A program made the position numbers and the translations under genes. Positions 1-15,000 of a DNA stretch of 64,000 nucleotides are shown piece by piece. Under the pieces are notes generated by a model, which made no database searches, was not told where the DNA came from, and was given only the letters and a program-made list of their open reading frames with translations. Every line of letters starts with the position of its first letter. The first letter of the stretch is position 1. The stretch comes from Ramazzottius varieornatus (Eukaryota > Animalia > Tardigrada). The stretch covers positions 4,249,777-4,313,776 of the forward strand of contig BDGG01000004.1 of assembly GCA_001949185.1 (NCBI GenBank), read 5' to 3'.

Positions 1-3000
1 TCTTTTCACTGACACTTTGGCGGCGGAAGTATTGCACAAGGAATGTTGCTGCATCTGTAGAGCGGCTAACCGCAGTGCCACGTCACAGCGAAGCTCCGTG
101 GCGAAACGTTCATCTATCACGTCGTTACAGCACTACAAACACAAGAGGATCATCGACGGACATTTCACAAAACAGTTTTCAGCTTCACAAATAAAAATAC
201 AGCCGTTCAGTACCGTAGGAATTTATGACTTGACTTACCTGCATGTAAAAATAGTCCAAGGCGATAGGATCCTTCCGTAACAACTCAAAGGCATCGCGAG
301 GAATGAACGTAACTCGAAAAAGGCATCGAAGGTGCTGGGCGCCAGGACGAGCAGCAATCTGTAAGACCGGACAAAACTTGTGAACAACTTGTCCGGCTTA
401 TAAGCGAGTACAGTTTCCAGCAAAGCGATGTCGTACCTTGGCTATAGTGTCATCGGGGCTCAATAATTTCACTTGGTTCTTCTTGATAGCCTTGACACTC
501 TCAACAACCAAGGCAAAATGTTCTATGGCCACAATGGACAGCTTTTCCCGCAGCGACCCTATTACATCCTGCAAAAGAAGGTTCGCCAATTGAAACAGCA
601 GAACTGGAAACCCCCAGAGGGCTGCACTGTCACCAGCGCTATATCGTTTCGGCACGTACCCTGACGGTCGTTTTGTTATCATATTTGAAAGACTTGGTTT
701 GTCCGTTCTCCAAGAATACTTTGAGGACATTCGGAATGAAAGCGGAAGGTGGCATCTCTTGACTGGCGTCAGAGAAGACGTTACTGGGTCCGTTGATCAT
801 GACGCCATCGGCGAACCGTACCCGCGAAGGCTTGCTTTTTAACTTGGCCTTCTTGGCGGCGCTCAGAAAAGCCGACTTCCGGCTCGCCTAAACAAGTCCA
901 AATTGGTAGATATTGATATTCTTAGTTCGATGAAAAAGGCAAAGGTAGCGAACTGCACTTACATTATCACTTTGGGGCTGGCAGACCAACAGCGTCACCG
1001 TCTCTTTACATGCTCGGACGAGCTCTATCACATGGTCACGAGGTGCGCGTTCCACGTCCTCCCCATTGATCTTTAATATCTGATCGGAGGGTAGGAGTTT
1101 ACCGGCACTCGGTCCGTCTGGAAAGAAGGTGTCTACCGTCAACAGCAATCAAGTAAAAAGTCCCGACAAGCATCGATTTGACTTCCCCTTTCCAGTGAAA
1201 CTATGGATCGCTCAACGGGAAACCTACCTTCATTGACGAACCGTACTATCACCGGCTTCTCGCTGCCGGCCACAAAGCCGAACCCGATAGTCGAGTCCCG
1301 CTGTAGAGTGACTTCACGAGGAGTGGGAATGTCCTGTTCGGATTCATCATCGTTGTCACCTTGTAGGCGAGGATCGTCATAGGTGGTAAACTTATCGAGA
1401 TGACTGCAATAAAGTAGTGATATTTTGTAAGATAGGAAGATGATTTTGTAACATGTTCCTCGGAAGACTCCATGCTCATCTAGGCGGAAAATATGTATGA
1501 ACTGCCTTTCACCTCATTTGTGACTAGCACACTCGATTGAACCCATGTCTTACAAACTCGACCGCCATCTTGAATACGGTACGATCCGCGTTTTTCCCAA
1601 AATAACTTTTGATCGTGGTTCGTTACTTTCAAAAGAATCCGAGCGAGCATTCATCTGACTCAGCGAGGAACTAATCGCCTGGTATTGTCCCTGCATGAAG
1701 GCTTACTTGATGTAGTAAATTCTCCCCTGCTGGTCAACGGCACATTCCCATCCATACGGTAGCCTCCATTCACCGGCGTCCCAATTTTCCGTTGGAGGAA
1801 TCCATTGCGTAGTCTGCGTCGCATGACTGTAAACACAAACCACTACATTAGCTGCTCGATCAATAAGAAGTCACAGAAAGAAACCATGTAATCGTAAACC
1901 CAACTTAGAACACCCAAACCGAATTTAAGATACCTCACAAATTTACGAGGCCGAACTGGAGCCCGTCTAATTATCTTCGGCATGACTACCCATAAAGGAA
2001 TTACACTCTCAAGTCTTGCTATTCCAAACTATGCTGCCATCGAGCCTCGCCAGGTCCATGAAGCATGATATAAAACATTAGGTATCTCGAGCCTATTGTT
2101 CCCGCATCTCAAAGTACTTACCAATGTTTTTGCAATAGTTTCACACAATATACGATGAAATAAGCAGTTCGTCAATCTGTACGAAGCAGTCTTTTCGGGA
2201 TTGTTATTGTCTGATGTAGACTGTATTGTCATTCTCAAGAAACCATATGGTTTGTCAGCATATTCTGCGGTTATATTCACACTTATTTCACTTGGCGAAC
2301 TGCCCAGTTCAGCTCGTGGTTATCCCGACACACACTTGCGGGTCTCGTGTCCTTTCTTTTCAAAACACCAAAAGCCGAATCGTATGCTTTCGAACGAGTT
2401 CGGAACGCGTGTGGCTGCTGAGCGGGCCATCCAATAAGGGCTGGGTGCAAATGTTTCATCTTCCCACTGCACGCTAACAGAGCTCGAGCTGATTAAAGTA
2501 ACGTTGTCAGCGTCGATGCCGAAGGCATTAATCGATGCGCCGGTAGCTGAGGAAGGCATGCAAACCGCCAAGTAAAGTAAAAGAGGCCGTAATGGCATCC
2601 GGCCCTCTTGTTATTGTACCTCCTCATTTTAAACGGACAGGGCGAGGGCAAGGCTGAGGGGTCCTCTCCTCGTTTATTGACAGTTTCCAGCAATAAATCC
2701 CGATTAGCCTGGATGGCCACAGCACACTTGTTCCAGGTCGCCACTTAGCACACATCTTCGTCCAGCGCCTCGAGTGGCACCAGCACCCACCACTTCGCCT
2801 GATTACAATGGCTGGATGGCTCTCTGTGCATGCAGCGATCCTGATCACTTTAACCATTCTGCCATGGCTCACACTTCACAAATTAGCACTGGTCAATTTA
2901 GAACTGGGCCTTGTGGACATTCGGTTATTATTGCACACGTACCAAAACCGCACACCCTGTATATCATACAAGACTTTTTAAAATACTGCAAAATTTAGTT

Positions 3001-6000
3001 GAAATTCTTCCGTCTCTGCGTTCGAGCCAAAGTGTGATCAAAAGAAAAGAAATTTGCCCAACACGAATATTTCTGTGTCGTTGTACGTCACGAGCCATGG
3101 GGGATCCTGAACCGTAAGCCCACGAGGCTAAACACTTTGGACAAAAATCCTCTCCCAACAAAACTATAATGTCAATCAGTCATCATTCATATTGTAAGTT
3201 TATAAAGGCTCCCAACCTTTTCCTATATGAAGGATAATCGCGGGGCAGACTTGTGATCGTTGCGTGTCACAGCTTGTGCACCCATCAGGGTCTGGAACAA
3301 TAAATAGTGTACAGTATATTTTTAGCCATAAGTTCTCTTTCTTCGGGATTATTATAGGTGCAAGAATGATCCAAAGGGGGGGGGATACGCAAGATGGTGC
3401 CTGTCGGCTGTCGAACTAGCGCTAAGATTAATGCACTGACCCTGTAAACTTTTGATCTCTTCCCATCTGCCGCATCGCATTCGAAACTACTCAACAGCGA
3501 GACAAACACGCCTTACAGCAAAACACTACCCAGTAACACTCGAAAGGATTTCTCTTTGCAGTACTTTGAACTGGACCAATTAAACACGCTACCAGAGATT
3601 CGACATTCGTCGGTACGGTAAAATGTTTTACCTATATCTCGACTTTTGGTCGAAAATTGGAGAATATGAGGAAAAAATTGAAACGATTGTAACATGAGCT
3701 GTTCGGATGTGTAACCTCGTATACAGCGAAAAACAACGTCATACATATGGAATTCATGTAAAACACACAAGGGTCGCCGGAAATCCATCACACCGCCCGA
3801 AAACTACCATGCTAATGGATTTTACAGTACTGGCGGTATTGTTATGGGTCTCGGCCTAAACCAACAGAGCCTCTCGCCATTTTCAGCAGAAAAAACTTCA
3901 CACGCTCCATAAATACATACGGCACCAGTCGATATCTGCTCCTTTTAGTCAGTGCCACTGTTTATCGATACCAGCTGGCGATATAGGCAAAGCAACCTCG
4001 ATCGTAACTCACGATCTAGCGCAAACACAGCCCCGCTTTCACAGCATCCCACCGGAATAGCGGGTAATTAATTTTTTCCACGCAGCTCCATATTCGAACA
4101 TACCAAGTGGAAAAACGATCCACGCGCCGTTTCCTAAAATACCGGAACATATCCAGTAAAATGAGATCGAGAAAAAAAGTGTTCTAGAACAATTACCAGA
4201 TTTTCATCAACCAGGAAGAAAGATTCTCGAGCATCTGTTGGCTCCTGCTGGAAGACTGAGCTATGTTTATGGGGGGAGGACTGAACAGAGGGTTTTCTGG
4301 GAGTATTCACACGATGATCGTCTGTCACAATGATATCTGACAAGAGGCTAACGAGATTGCAACGACCTGTCGTACTGATCACCCATCATTACAGTTCGAT
4401 GCTATGGAGGATTTTTACTGGGAACCGAGGCGCCGCTAGGGTTTTCTCTCACGACAAACTACTTCCGCTAATAAGCTAATCCAAGTTCATCCACGATACA
4501 AAGGTACCCCAAATCACCATTATTCAAACGTGGACATCCATGTCAATGTAGGAGTGTGATATTCATACCTGACACATGAAACCGGAGGAGCAGTGCGAGC
4601 AAGAGCAGAAGATTTGCGCGGGGCATCGTTGTGCGGCTTATGGCGTTGGCCAATATGGCTACTTTTATTCCCCATATCCCATCAAGAAGAAGACTGCAGT
4701 GCAACATTACACTCCTTGCGTCAAGCTCCTCAAGACGTCGAAGCAAGCTTTACACAATGGGCCCACTGCTGGGAAGTCCTTAAAAGTCCGCCCAAGCTGC
4801 CATGCATGAGCTGAATGAGAACTGATGCAATTTCCGTCGGCGTATTTCTTATATCCGCCATTCTTCCTCCAGCCGCGTGCTACAGCCGTACTGTATTTTC
4901 ACGCATTGCTTGAGGTTAATAGCGAAGAAGCAAAAGAAGGGACGATTAATTCCTTAAAAGTACAACGGCCGGGCTGCAGTAGCAATCTTCCACTTAACAA
5001 AGAACCCAAATAATCGACGAGCCAATGGAGGTTGCGACCCTTACAGATGGTCGATTATGGGGAACGATAAGACGGGCCAGTAATAAAAGCGGGGGCTGCT
5101 CTCTAGATGGGTCGTTCTTTCTTCCAGGATCTCAACGTTATCTCCTGGATAGCATATTGGATGTGTCGTCAGCGCGAGCAACAGCAGAAGCGATATGTCT
5201 CGGTCAGATAGAGCAGTTAAGCTCTGCCACTAGGCGCGTCCATCTCACCATAAGAAATTAATGAGGATGCAAATGACAGGATTGCCTCATGCACACCAGC
5301 TGCATTGACGAAGCTCCAGACAAATTACCGTGTAAAATTTATACAATCGTTTTCTCCAGACCGCCGTTTTCTTTCTTTAAACGACCAACATTGGTTCTTT
5401 CCACCCCTTTTCCACGTTAAACATGTCGAGTCTTTCGCCCAGTAATGTGATTATGCTCTGTGAGCTTCCCCAATAATTCCCAAACAGCAAACATTAACAA
5501 TTTAGAGTTCCCCCAACGCGCCACCGATTGATTATCTACGCCGCAGAAAGACTCTCTCGGGACAGACTGCTGCTTCGAATCAAATACGATTCCACATCCA
5601 ATTCAAACTTGAAAGGTGGAAATCTGATCTGGTAGTATAAATTATTCCATGGTCAGGAAAAAGAAGGACATATTAATAGTTCGCTCGGATTTGTAACAAA
5701 ACGAAATCATTCAATCGAATTATAACGTAGTTCGGATCATGGAGACAAAGTCACGATTATCAAAGCGATATGACAGAAAATTGGTCCTTTACACTTCGAG
5801 ATGGACAACTGGAAAAGATCATCGGGACACCGCCATGAAGAAAGGAAGAAAGTAGGGAGCGACTGACTTTGTCAGAAAGGAAGCAAAGTATTGAGCGATG
5901 GTGTTTCCGGTGTTTTACGTGGCACGACAAGCGGGAGAGTAACTCATGAAAGGCAACCTCAACAGTGGCAGTTTGGCGTAAGGAACTGTGTACAATTATG

Positions 6001-8516
6001 CTCCCATGAATACTCGATTGCCATCAGTGTATAAACGCCCAATGATCCCTTCCCTTTCGTTCCTCTACACTACCTCATGTTAATCCGCCTTACAGCTCGT
6101 GGTACGCCCGATGCACTCCGTCCAGTATACAGTACTCGAAACCTCCATTCACCATATCAGCATTTTACAGCCCCACACCCAAGTATTACGTGGTAACTGG
6201 AGGATCATGGGGATGCGTTAGTGCTTTTTTACTGTTGAAGAGCCGGAGGGCCACAACATGTCGCGACTCCGGTATTGAGTAACAAGCCAGCCCAACAAAT
6301 GGACTGCCACTTCCTGTATATGCAGCAGCCCCTCTAACTCGATTTCGCTTTTCTTACCACCCCTCGTCAGTTGTAAAACTCACAACATAAAGAAGCTCTT
6401 CGGCCATCCTTGAAACGACTGAATGCACCCGTGCTTTCAGCTAGTCTTTTCCAGTTCCCATGGGAGGACATGATCGATCCATCAAGAACCAGCGGACCCA
6501 GAAACGACCACAGGTGGCGCCACTCATGCTACGATGCCTGAAGCCAGCGTTTCCTGCGCCACACACTTTGAGCCGTATCACAACAACGCTACTGAGTAAC
6601 AGCCAAGTTGGACAAAATCAGACAACTAACTGTAGTCAAGGCAAAGTTTCCGGTTAACATACAGAAAGCACAGAAAATAAACTGAATTCCGCATCTGGGT
6701 GAGTCACATTTTTCTCTCAGTACTTTAAAGTTCTAATGCCTGCTCGGTAGGTAGCTGTCCGCAGCTCATAAATTTTGATGTTCAGAGCGTAAAATAATCT
6801 ATCCAATTGGTCGGAAGGACGCTGCGAAAGAATGATGTTCGAGTTCTTCGCGCGCCATCTATCGGAAGGTTTGGACTTGCTGTTCGAGGATCGAGACCAT
6901 GCGGATAATCGACCGTTCCAGGTCTCTGCGCCCGGGCTTTCTTTTGGTGGCTATTAGAGCACTTACTGATGCTGTATTACTTAGAGTTCAGTGGTCAAAA
7001 CTTCACACTTGTTTTAAGCGCGTTAATGTGGTCCACGTCTAGTTGAGCGGCGTCGGGTCTTTGACGCACTTTGCTGCCAAAGCTGTCTGCTCAGTCGACA
7101 ACAGCGTGGATGATTGCCTGCGTACGCACAAGCAAGCAGGCAGCATCTGCCAGCGGGAGCCACTCAACCATATCCCACATCTCATGGTCAAACATTTTTC
7201 AAAAATAGGCCAGCAGTTGGCTTGCCCCTATCCTTCAACTTCAGCCAAACACCTTCCACAACAAAGACAGCATTCATTCTTCAATAGTCTTTTCACAGTA
7301 CGAGTACTGTTCGTTTCTGGAACGGAAGTGAGTTGCGCTCTGAGTGGGAAACCTCTGGAAGTTTCTTTTACTGTAGACGAACCGCGCGAGTCGGAGTTCG
7401 CGGTTCCCGGAGATTGAAAGTCACGCACGGTTCTCCATTCAGACAGACGAACAAGAGATGGAGAGTGAGACTGACCCCCTTTGAGAAATATAATAAGTCA
7501 AATGGGCTTTGGCACTTCGTCAAAGCCATGCAGCCACTTGAGAGCTCCCTCACCACTCCACAAAAGAGAACTCAACGACTTGTTAAACAGCGAGCGACCA
7601 ACCAATGCGGCCCGCGTAATCCGCTTTCCACGGCTTTTAAGCACGTGTCGGACTGAACAAGCCTCTAATACTTTCCGGCTAAAATAATGGCCTGATGAAA
7701 AGGGCAAATCTGGATGGTGACGGAATGACCTATCATTCATCATTAACAGCCTGTTCTCTCAAGGGGGTAGAAATCTTTTGGTCCGACCTTGCGGACGTTA
7801 CATCGCCGGATGGTGAAACAAGAGACATGCATTAGCAGCATTAACACCCACGTTAGCGTTGACCAAATTACAACGATGCCATCAAAGTATCTGTTTTCGA
7901 TACTGTACTCTTCGATCCTCTTGATCATTACAATGCGCTCTCCATTAAAAGTTATGTGTGCCTGCGTGTTAGAGTGTCAAACTGGTTCCTGGTTTTCTTT
8001 GAGATTTTCAAGCGGCTGAAATCCAACCTGAAAGGATCCATTATCGGCTGCATGAAATGAAAAGTCGAAGATCAAATTAACATCTGATGGAGAGAGCATA
8101 ATACCCAACGTCACCATCACTAGACACACTTGTCTCATCAATATCATAAATCACTATGACGGTCGTCCGGCACATCGACAGAAGCCCATCACCGCAAGAA
8201 TGCCGATGCTGTCAGGAGGGTGAAAGTTATTAAATAATGCACAGCCGGTAATATAGCTGATTACTGTTGTATTGCGGCCCGTCACTCACTAGTCTACGTG
8301 CCGCAACCAGCCCCGATGTGAAGAACAATATTTTCCTTCGCGCCATAATCAAAGGACATCTTTGATGCAGTGTGTGGTTATTAGGCAACACGTTCATTCA
8401 ATTATACTCTCCGCATCCGCTCAACATAACCATCGGCAAACCTTGTTATTGTAAAGAGAAACTGTCGCTCTTTTCCTGTACTAAACTTTCTCCGAAAGCC
8501 GGGACCTGCCTCAACA

Positions 8517-8564
<48 letters not shown>

Positions 8565-8913
8565 AAGCAAACCCACAATCGGAAAGACACACCCTAAAAC
8601 ATTCTACATAGTGTAACGGCATTCAGACCGACAACGTCATCGCGGACATATGTCACACTGATTAAGCCGAACAATTATTTTGATCATACTAATTTTCTAT
8701 TTTATTTACGGATGATTTTGAATACATATTTCTCATTCAGACATTGGCTTACCATGTATAGTAAACTCTGCCGCAGCGGTCCACATTAGCGGTCCATCCT
8801 TTCTCGAGGATTCGGTTGAGGGTCTCCAAGTATTCCAAGTTTAGTTGCGAAAGTTCCGAGTTCTTTCGCGGCGGGGAGTGGCTGGGTGAACCGTTAGTGT
8901 TGGGTACGGCCAT
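1..8913 (-). CDS. FRMPD4: WW-WW-PDZ-FERM protein, FRMPD4/Preso-like (3' end lies beyond the window edge)
   Basis: Phase-consistent exons 8913-8753, 1826-1707, 1403-1228, 1117-963, 887-660, 568-437, 358-239, 132-1 with GT-AG ends. Two WW domains ([27 protein letters not shown]; [30 protein letters not shown]), PDZ ([25 protein letters not shown]), linker [19 protein letters not shown] ([19 protein letters not shown]; [25 protein letters not shown]). Confidence 0.93.
2122..2598 (-). pseudogene. Nested, stop-interrupted exon of a putative secreted protein inside FRMPD4 intron 1
   Basis: ORFs 2320..2598 and 2029..2280 are in one frame separated by a single TAA (2320-2322). Signal-peptide-like N-terminus [20 protein letters not shown]; GTAAGT donor after 2122. 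Confidence 0.4.
8518..8562. repeat. (CA)n microsatellite, about 22 units
   Basis: Pure AC dinucleotide run. Confidence 0.97.
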
Positions 8914-11900
8914 CTTGTCCCGGCATTTGTTCTAGTAGTAGAACGTGGTCCAAGATGACTTGCGTCTTGGTCATCCTCCCGTCATGCCTCCGCGCTGGAG
9001 CGCGTCAAAGGTAACGTTGTTTCGGCGGTCCATTCGAAGAAGGTCTCGTGTCTTTCATTCAGCAGACTAATCCAGCTGCACGTCAGCTGTGATTGATTTC
9101 GGTGAGAAGCACAATTAGTCTACAAAGCAAATAAACGTGAGATACAGACGACTCAAAAGCCGGCGCGTCACGTAGGAAACCTATCGCGTGTATAGGCAAA
9201 TTAATCGCGGCTAAGCACTCGCATTTAAAGACGTAAATAGCCTAAATGGACAGATAGAAGAAGCAGCCGCTTTTTCTGTTCCCCGTCAGGCAATTAGAGC
9301 AAATGCAGACCGCGCAAAACCTTAGTGGCCATGCTTCGTCACACCCGGCATGTTCGAGCTCGTACAGTACTGCGCCACTCGAACACTGCACTGTGGCTGT
9401 ATGCGCCAAGTGAGCGGGGGAGGCGACATTGTACAACGCAGGAGAGTATTCACCAGCCCCACTTCACATTGAACCTTTCACTGATGCCAAGTTTGCAGCT
9501 TAACTCCAGACAAGTCTAGCTCAACGTTAATTTTAGTCATGAGGGGGAAAACCGCCGCTCACCAAACCCGCTGTGCATGATAGTCCAAGCTTTTCGAGAA
9601 TTAATAACCTTTGAGAGAAGTTACTAGGGCGGGATCCGAAATCCTCTTTTACCTCATCTGCCGACCTTGCGGAAAAAAAGAGATCTAGAGCTCTACAAAA
9701 CAGCAGACGGATATTTGAGGCAAAAAACGTTGGCGAGCTTAGTTAGGGAGCGGAAGACTGTGCGGAGGGAAAGACGTCAAAGCGCATTATCTTTCTTATG
9801 GTGAGCTTGTTAAGATAGCTCGACGAGTTTTTCCCCGCTAGGTCTCGAGTCTCGACGGCGAGTACCCGTCGGCATTTGAGAACAACGATCAATCGGTCCA
9901 GATTAACTAGCGTTTTTCCGCAAATCAATCGGATTACACAGGCTCGATGTGGTACTACAAACTTTAAGAGGGCCCAATTGGCATCGCGTAGTGAAATGCC
10001 CTGGCAGATTTGCACCAAAGCAGATTGTCTGAACGCGCGCGACCATCTCTCTCGTTGATGGCGGATTGTCAGTGCGAGATTGTTCACAAACACTGGTTAG
10101 CATGCTTGAATAGCTCGCTTGTCTAACACACCCTCGAACAACGACAACCGGTGCGAGGTACCATCCAAGGTACCTTTAATGAGCCAACATGCGCCGGCCA
10201 AGATATCGACACACGAGTCTTGCTTGCCTGTACTTTCGTTCGTCGTTCGTCCGTGGTAATGCCCTCAAATTTTTGCAGGATTATTCATTATGCCATCCGA
10301 ATGTATCCTTGAACGCTCCAATTAAGGTCCACATAACTCAAATATGTGCCAATGGTGCAAAGAGCGAAGTCCACCTTCCGGGATGTACTGTAACAGAATC
10401 ACTGGGTACGTTTCCCTGGGTATGGCTCGCCGCGCGTTCGGCACGCGTCTTACCGCCATCCTTCTCTGAGTGTTGGTATTAATTCTAATGATTCACTTGA
10501 GCGTCCTCATGACGGATCCTGTTTCCCCGAATCAAATGGTGTGCTGTAGTTTCCCCGCAGACACGTCAAAAGTGAACTGGTGGAAAGGAACTAACCGAGC
10601 AGTCAACAGATGGCGCCGTTGTTGCTCGAATCTCAAACAAGGATTCTGGTGGGGTTTTTCTCGAACTTCGTCCATCGAAAAGTTTATGAAAAAGAAAATA
10701 GCGATCACGACCCACTAAGATCCACGATAGTGCCAGACTTCTGAGTGCTGACGGCTTATACACACCCGGTACATGCCAGAGGCCCATTTGTCTGCTGTTC
10801 TGGAATTTTTGGCCTTGGCCGCTTGGCTACCGTCCTCTAAACTGTCTTCCAAAACTGTCTGATCCTTGTTATGAACCAAGAAGACAGTTTAAGATTGATG
10901 GTTTGATGCGGCAGACAGGCATTTATATAGGACAAAATCATAATAAATATACTGGGAGGGGATTATTAAGGGCATTTAGCTCAAAGAGGCGTACTAACCA
11001 CTAGGAGTGATTTGACGAGCAAGAACAAATGTTCGCCGCCAGCCATCTTCCACATGCGAAATATGATCACTGTAAACTACCATCAAACTATAGACCACAT
11101 TTGCTCTTTTCCCTTGACAGTGATCTTCCTGATAGAAATTCCTCGACGATACATACAGCATCAAGATGGATCAGAAAAGAAAGCAGCAAATTGAAACACG
11201 ATAGCGCAAAGTAATTTCATTCTTTCTCATACGGAATGCATGTACGTTGCCTGTTTCAGGCCTCTTACTCTGATGTTCCACTACGTAGTTACAGTATCGA
11301 TGTGGTAAATTTGAGAGAACCTGATGCAAGGGTAGAACCGGCTAGGGAGAATCCCGAATCCTTAACGCGACTGCTGATCAGGCCAAGGCTCCCGCCAGGA
11401 AACACTGTAATACTGTGCAAACGTCTAAAAGAAAATCATGGATAATTTGATCAAATGTTGTTGGACTGATGTTCCTTGATGCGTAAGCCTGACAAGATTT
11501 TTCTCAACGCGTGTCTGAGGAACCCGACAACCAGATCGTTAGGCCGAGTTCGAGGCATGTATATCCTCCGAGGCTAAGGATCCTTCAAATTATGGTTCAC
11601 GGCTATGTGGCGCACGCAAACAAACAAAAAAATCCCTCTTTTGAGATCCATTTCTGCAATCCATAACGGATTGCAATATATCGTGCCGAGCTACCGTACT
11701 CCTGGTCGGACTTTAACGCTCATCCGATCGTTCACCCAGCATGCGAACGTTCCTTATACGGGACGGTCCTTTTGGTTCTTTTTTAGCTTTATCGAAAAAC
11801 GGTTTTCGGAAAAGAAAGCGTGTCCGAGGTCTACTTGAACCCCAAGAGTTCAACTTCATCTACTTGGGCTTTCGTACCAAAGTGGCGCGGATGGCGCGGA

Positions 11901-11952
11901 TGGCGCGGAAGAGAAAACATCAACGAAGTAGAAAATGGGAACTGAAGGCAAA

Positions 11953-12092
11953 CAGGGGTGCCAAAAATTAATTTTACTCTAAATAAAAGCCTTAGATAAA
12001 CAGGTCTAAGGTGGTCTCCAAGCTGAACCCCGCCTTAGCTCTGCTTATCTAAGATCTTTTATCTAGAGTAAAGTTGATTTCGGCCACCACTG
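11953..12092. mobile_element. hAT-type MITE (140 bp)
   Basis: About 60-bp imperfect TIRs (CAGGGGTGCCAAAAATTAATTTTACTCTAAATAAAAG.. vs rc CAGTGGTGGCCGAAATCAACTTTACTCTAGATAAAAG..); perfect 8-bp TSD AAGGCAAA at 11945-11952 and 12093-12100. Confidence 0.88.
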
Positions 12093-15000
12093 AAGGCAAA
12101 TGTGATGGGCACTAAAGTTTCCGATCAGCGTTCCACGCAGCTCGCAAGCCACGGCGTTGTGGCGCCCGGAGGCCGAGAGAATTAGATAAAATCGATTTGT
12201 TTGCTGGCTGGCTGCAGCTGCTCTTCCTTGTCCAAATTATAATGACTTGTCACTATAATACGCCCTGTCATAATAGTATGATGCAGCTCTGATTCGGCAA
12301 AGTAAATCCCCGAGATGTCCCTGAGAGACCGCTCGGAAAACACGCGAACATCAGTTTGGCCTTGTTCGAGCTCACCCCTTCTAGGCTTTAAAAACAACAG
12401 AAGCTCTCCACCACAACCACAGGCCCGGGCTGCAGGCTGCCCAGGCGATCTCGACATAACCTCTGCTCGTCCCAGCAACCAGCAAAATGGATTTCGAAAA
12501 AACCTCTGCAGAAGTTGACCAGAAAATTCTGTGTACTCTATGCGGTGTAGAAAAGGACTTTCTCGCAAAAACCGAACCAAAGACGTCTTCGCGAACATTG
12601 TTCATTTGTCCAGGGAAGATGTTCTTTCGGAAGCTTTGAGTTCTCGGATTAGATATTCAATTTTAAGATTTTTACAAACTCTGGTTTGCTGAATGCTTCG
12701 GCCTTGAATTTGTAGTCGCCTGGACGTCTGTGGAGCGGAGAACCCTTTCCAGACTAAATTGTCAAAACCCGAGTCAGCCTACGACATCAGGATAATGTTA
12801 TTGGGAAGGATAAAGTGTTATAGTGGATCGTATTTTGACGGGCTTGTAGTAATTTGGCCATGTTTTACGACTCGTTCCACCACTTGATCACCCATTGCAT
12901 AGCTTGATCAGGCGGAAAACGTCCCGCATTAAACGCGACTGCAGCCTCATCCGCAGGGAGGACATGGAAACTCTTGGCAGCGTATAAGCTTTTCAAGGAG
13001 GAAATTAGCCGCGCGACCCACGTTCGTTAACTCTTCCTACAGCAGTGAACTTTATCTTCCAAAGTTCGCCTCTATCGTAACGACCCTGTCTTGTCCAAAT
13101 GACAAGCTCTATAACGATGGATATACTGTCCAAAACGAATTATATGTCATCCGAACAAGACGTTTACGACAGTCAAAGCTGAGTCGTGAGAACTCAGCAC
13201 GAAGTATCGCCTGCTGCGAAGCCTCTTTTGCCCACGCTAAGAAATAGGTCGCCATGCTAAAAGACGCTTCCTCTTCCACACACCTCGATAACAGTGTACA
13301 CGATCGATGGCAGGAAAGGAGTGAAGGAGTCCCTAATCCATGGCACTTTGATAGTCCGCACACCTGTCATAGACCGATCTGCCTTTCAACATCCCTGCCT
13401 GCATGGTGGAAATCCCACACTGGCAGCCATAAAGGCTAAATTGCGCCGGTTCAAGAGCTAACCTATTGATTATCGCACGAACCAACACTCCAATCAGCGC
13501 GCTGCTTCTCTGCTAACCAGAACGACAAAAGAGCCATCAAGGTAACTCATTTAGTCCTCCATGGATTTGTTACCATAACTAGCACAGAATACTCGCCGTC
13601 GATCGCTAAAAAAGACCCCGCTTATATTTGGTCAAACAATCGATAACAATCCCTGCTAGCGCCACTCAAATTTCTCAACGATGGATACTCAAGCATGAAA
13701 GCCAATCCAAAAATTCTAGGTCATCCCTTTGGAATATAAGATCATAAATCTACCCAGAAGGACCGTTTAAAGTGAGCAAATATTCGTCCTTTAGAAAAGG
13801 CCACGGTTTATTTCTTCTGCATACTTCCAAATTAACGTTGTCGTCCATTGTTAACAGCGAACTGTGAATGTCTAAACAATGACGTATTTTTCTGTTGTTT
13901 ACTCGTTCGCGGACATCTAACTTAGAAATATTGTCGGATACAAAATTTCCCCTAACTCCGTGCCTTCAGCCGTGTTCCAGGAACTTACCCACCAAAGCCG
14001 TTAAATTGTAAATAAAAGGTCGCTCTAAACGCATCGAAGACAAAAGAAATCCGCAACCTTTAGGGAACCTACGCTATTTTCATCGAAAGGACTCAAAGGA
14101 AAACCTGATATTTCCGCCAGGGACTAGCTCTTCCTAGGCAGACGGGATAGCTCCTGACACATGATGCAATCCACGCATAAATATCGGCCACACGGATTGA
14201 TGTGATCTTGGCGTAGAATCTAAACCGAGAAATGGAGCGGACTGAAAAATATTCTTGAGACTAATACTTCATATCGATCGACATATCTCATCGTTGCTCT
14301 GCATCTAACGTGAGCTCCTGAGGCCGTGTCAATTAGAGGCCCGAACAGTTCCTCCTTTTCATCCGGACCTACGCTCTCGCTGCAACGGGGAAACCCGCAT
14401 CAACCACTGCAGTGGATTGTTTAATTATTGTCATTCCAGTTGGAAGACTCGAGAGAATTCTGAGGCTCAACCGGCTCACGGAGAGAAAGACGAAAGCTAG
14501 CAGTTCAACCTGGTTTAATTTTCTGTGTACAGGCAAAAATGAAACAACCGGAAGAATACACAGATATTACTACAGGACACTTGGGATACGGGTCGCAAGG
14601 GCTTTTGTTGCAGACGATAGGCCGGAAGTCACAACGGGATCCTGCAAGACGCCGTTCTATTTTGACAAATATTATAGGCACTTGCTTTGGCCGAAGAAAA
14701 GACACGACAAGCTTCGCTCGATCTTGCTCTTCCTATTTTCATATCGTTGCTTCTTCGTTCGGGTACTTCCTTGTCCACATGTTCGTGCTCTCACATCACG
14801 CACATCTCGCGGCATTGATTTCTTCCACACACATATGGCTGCCATAATAGGCTTTCATTACGGCCTCAAGTCAGCTCCACACAAGCATCCTTCGAAAACC
14901 AATTATCTCAACTCCGGTGCTCGATCTAAGGCTTCAGCCAACAGCTTTCGATGAACGCATCGTCAGCCGATCGAGCCAGCGCCAACGCTGGAGAGAGTTA

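Noticed and set aside
10740-10835. Sm-site-like AATTTTTGG suggesting an snRNA or spliced-leader RNA
   Set aside because: No convincing stem-loops or leader/donor arrangement; such motifs occur by chance.
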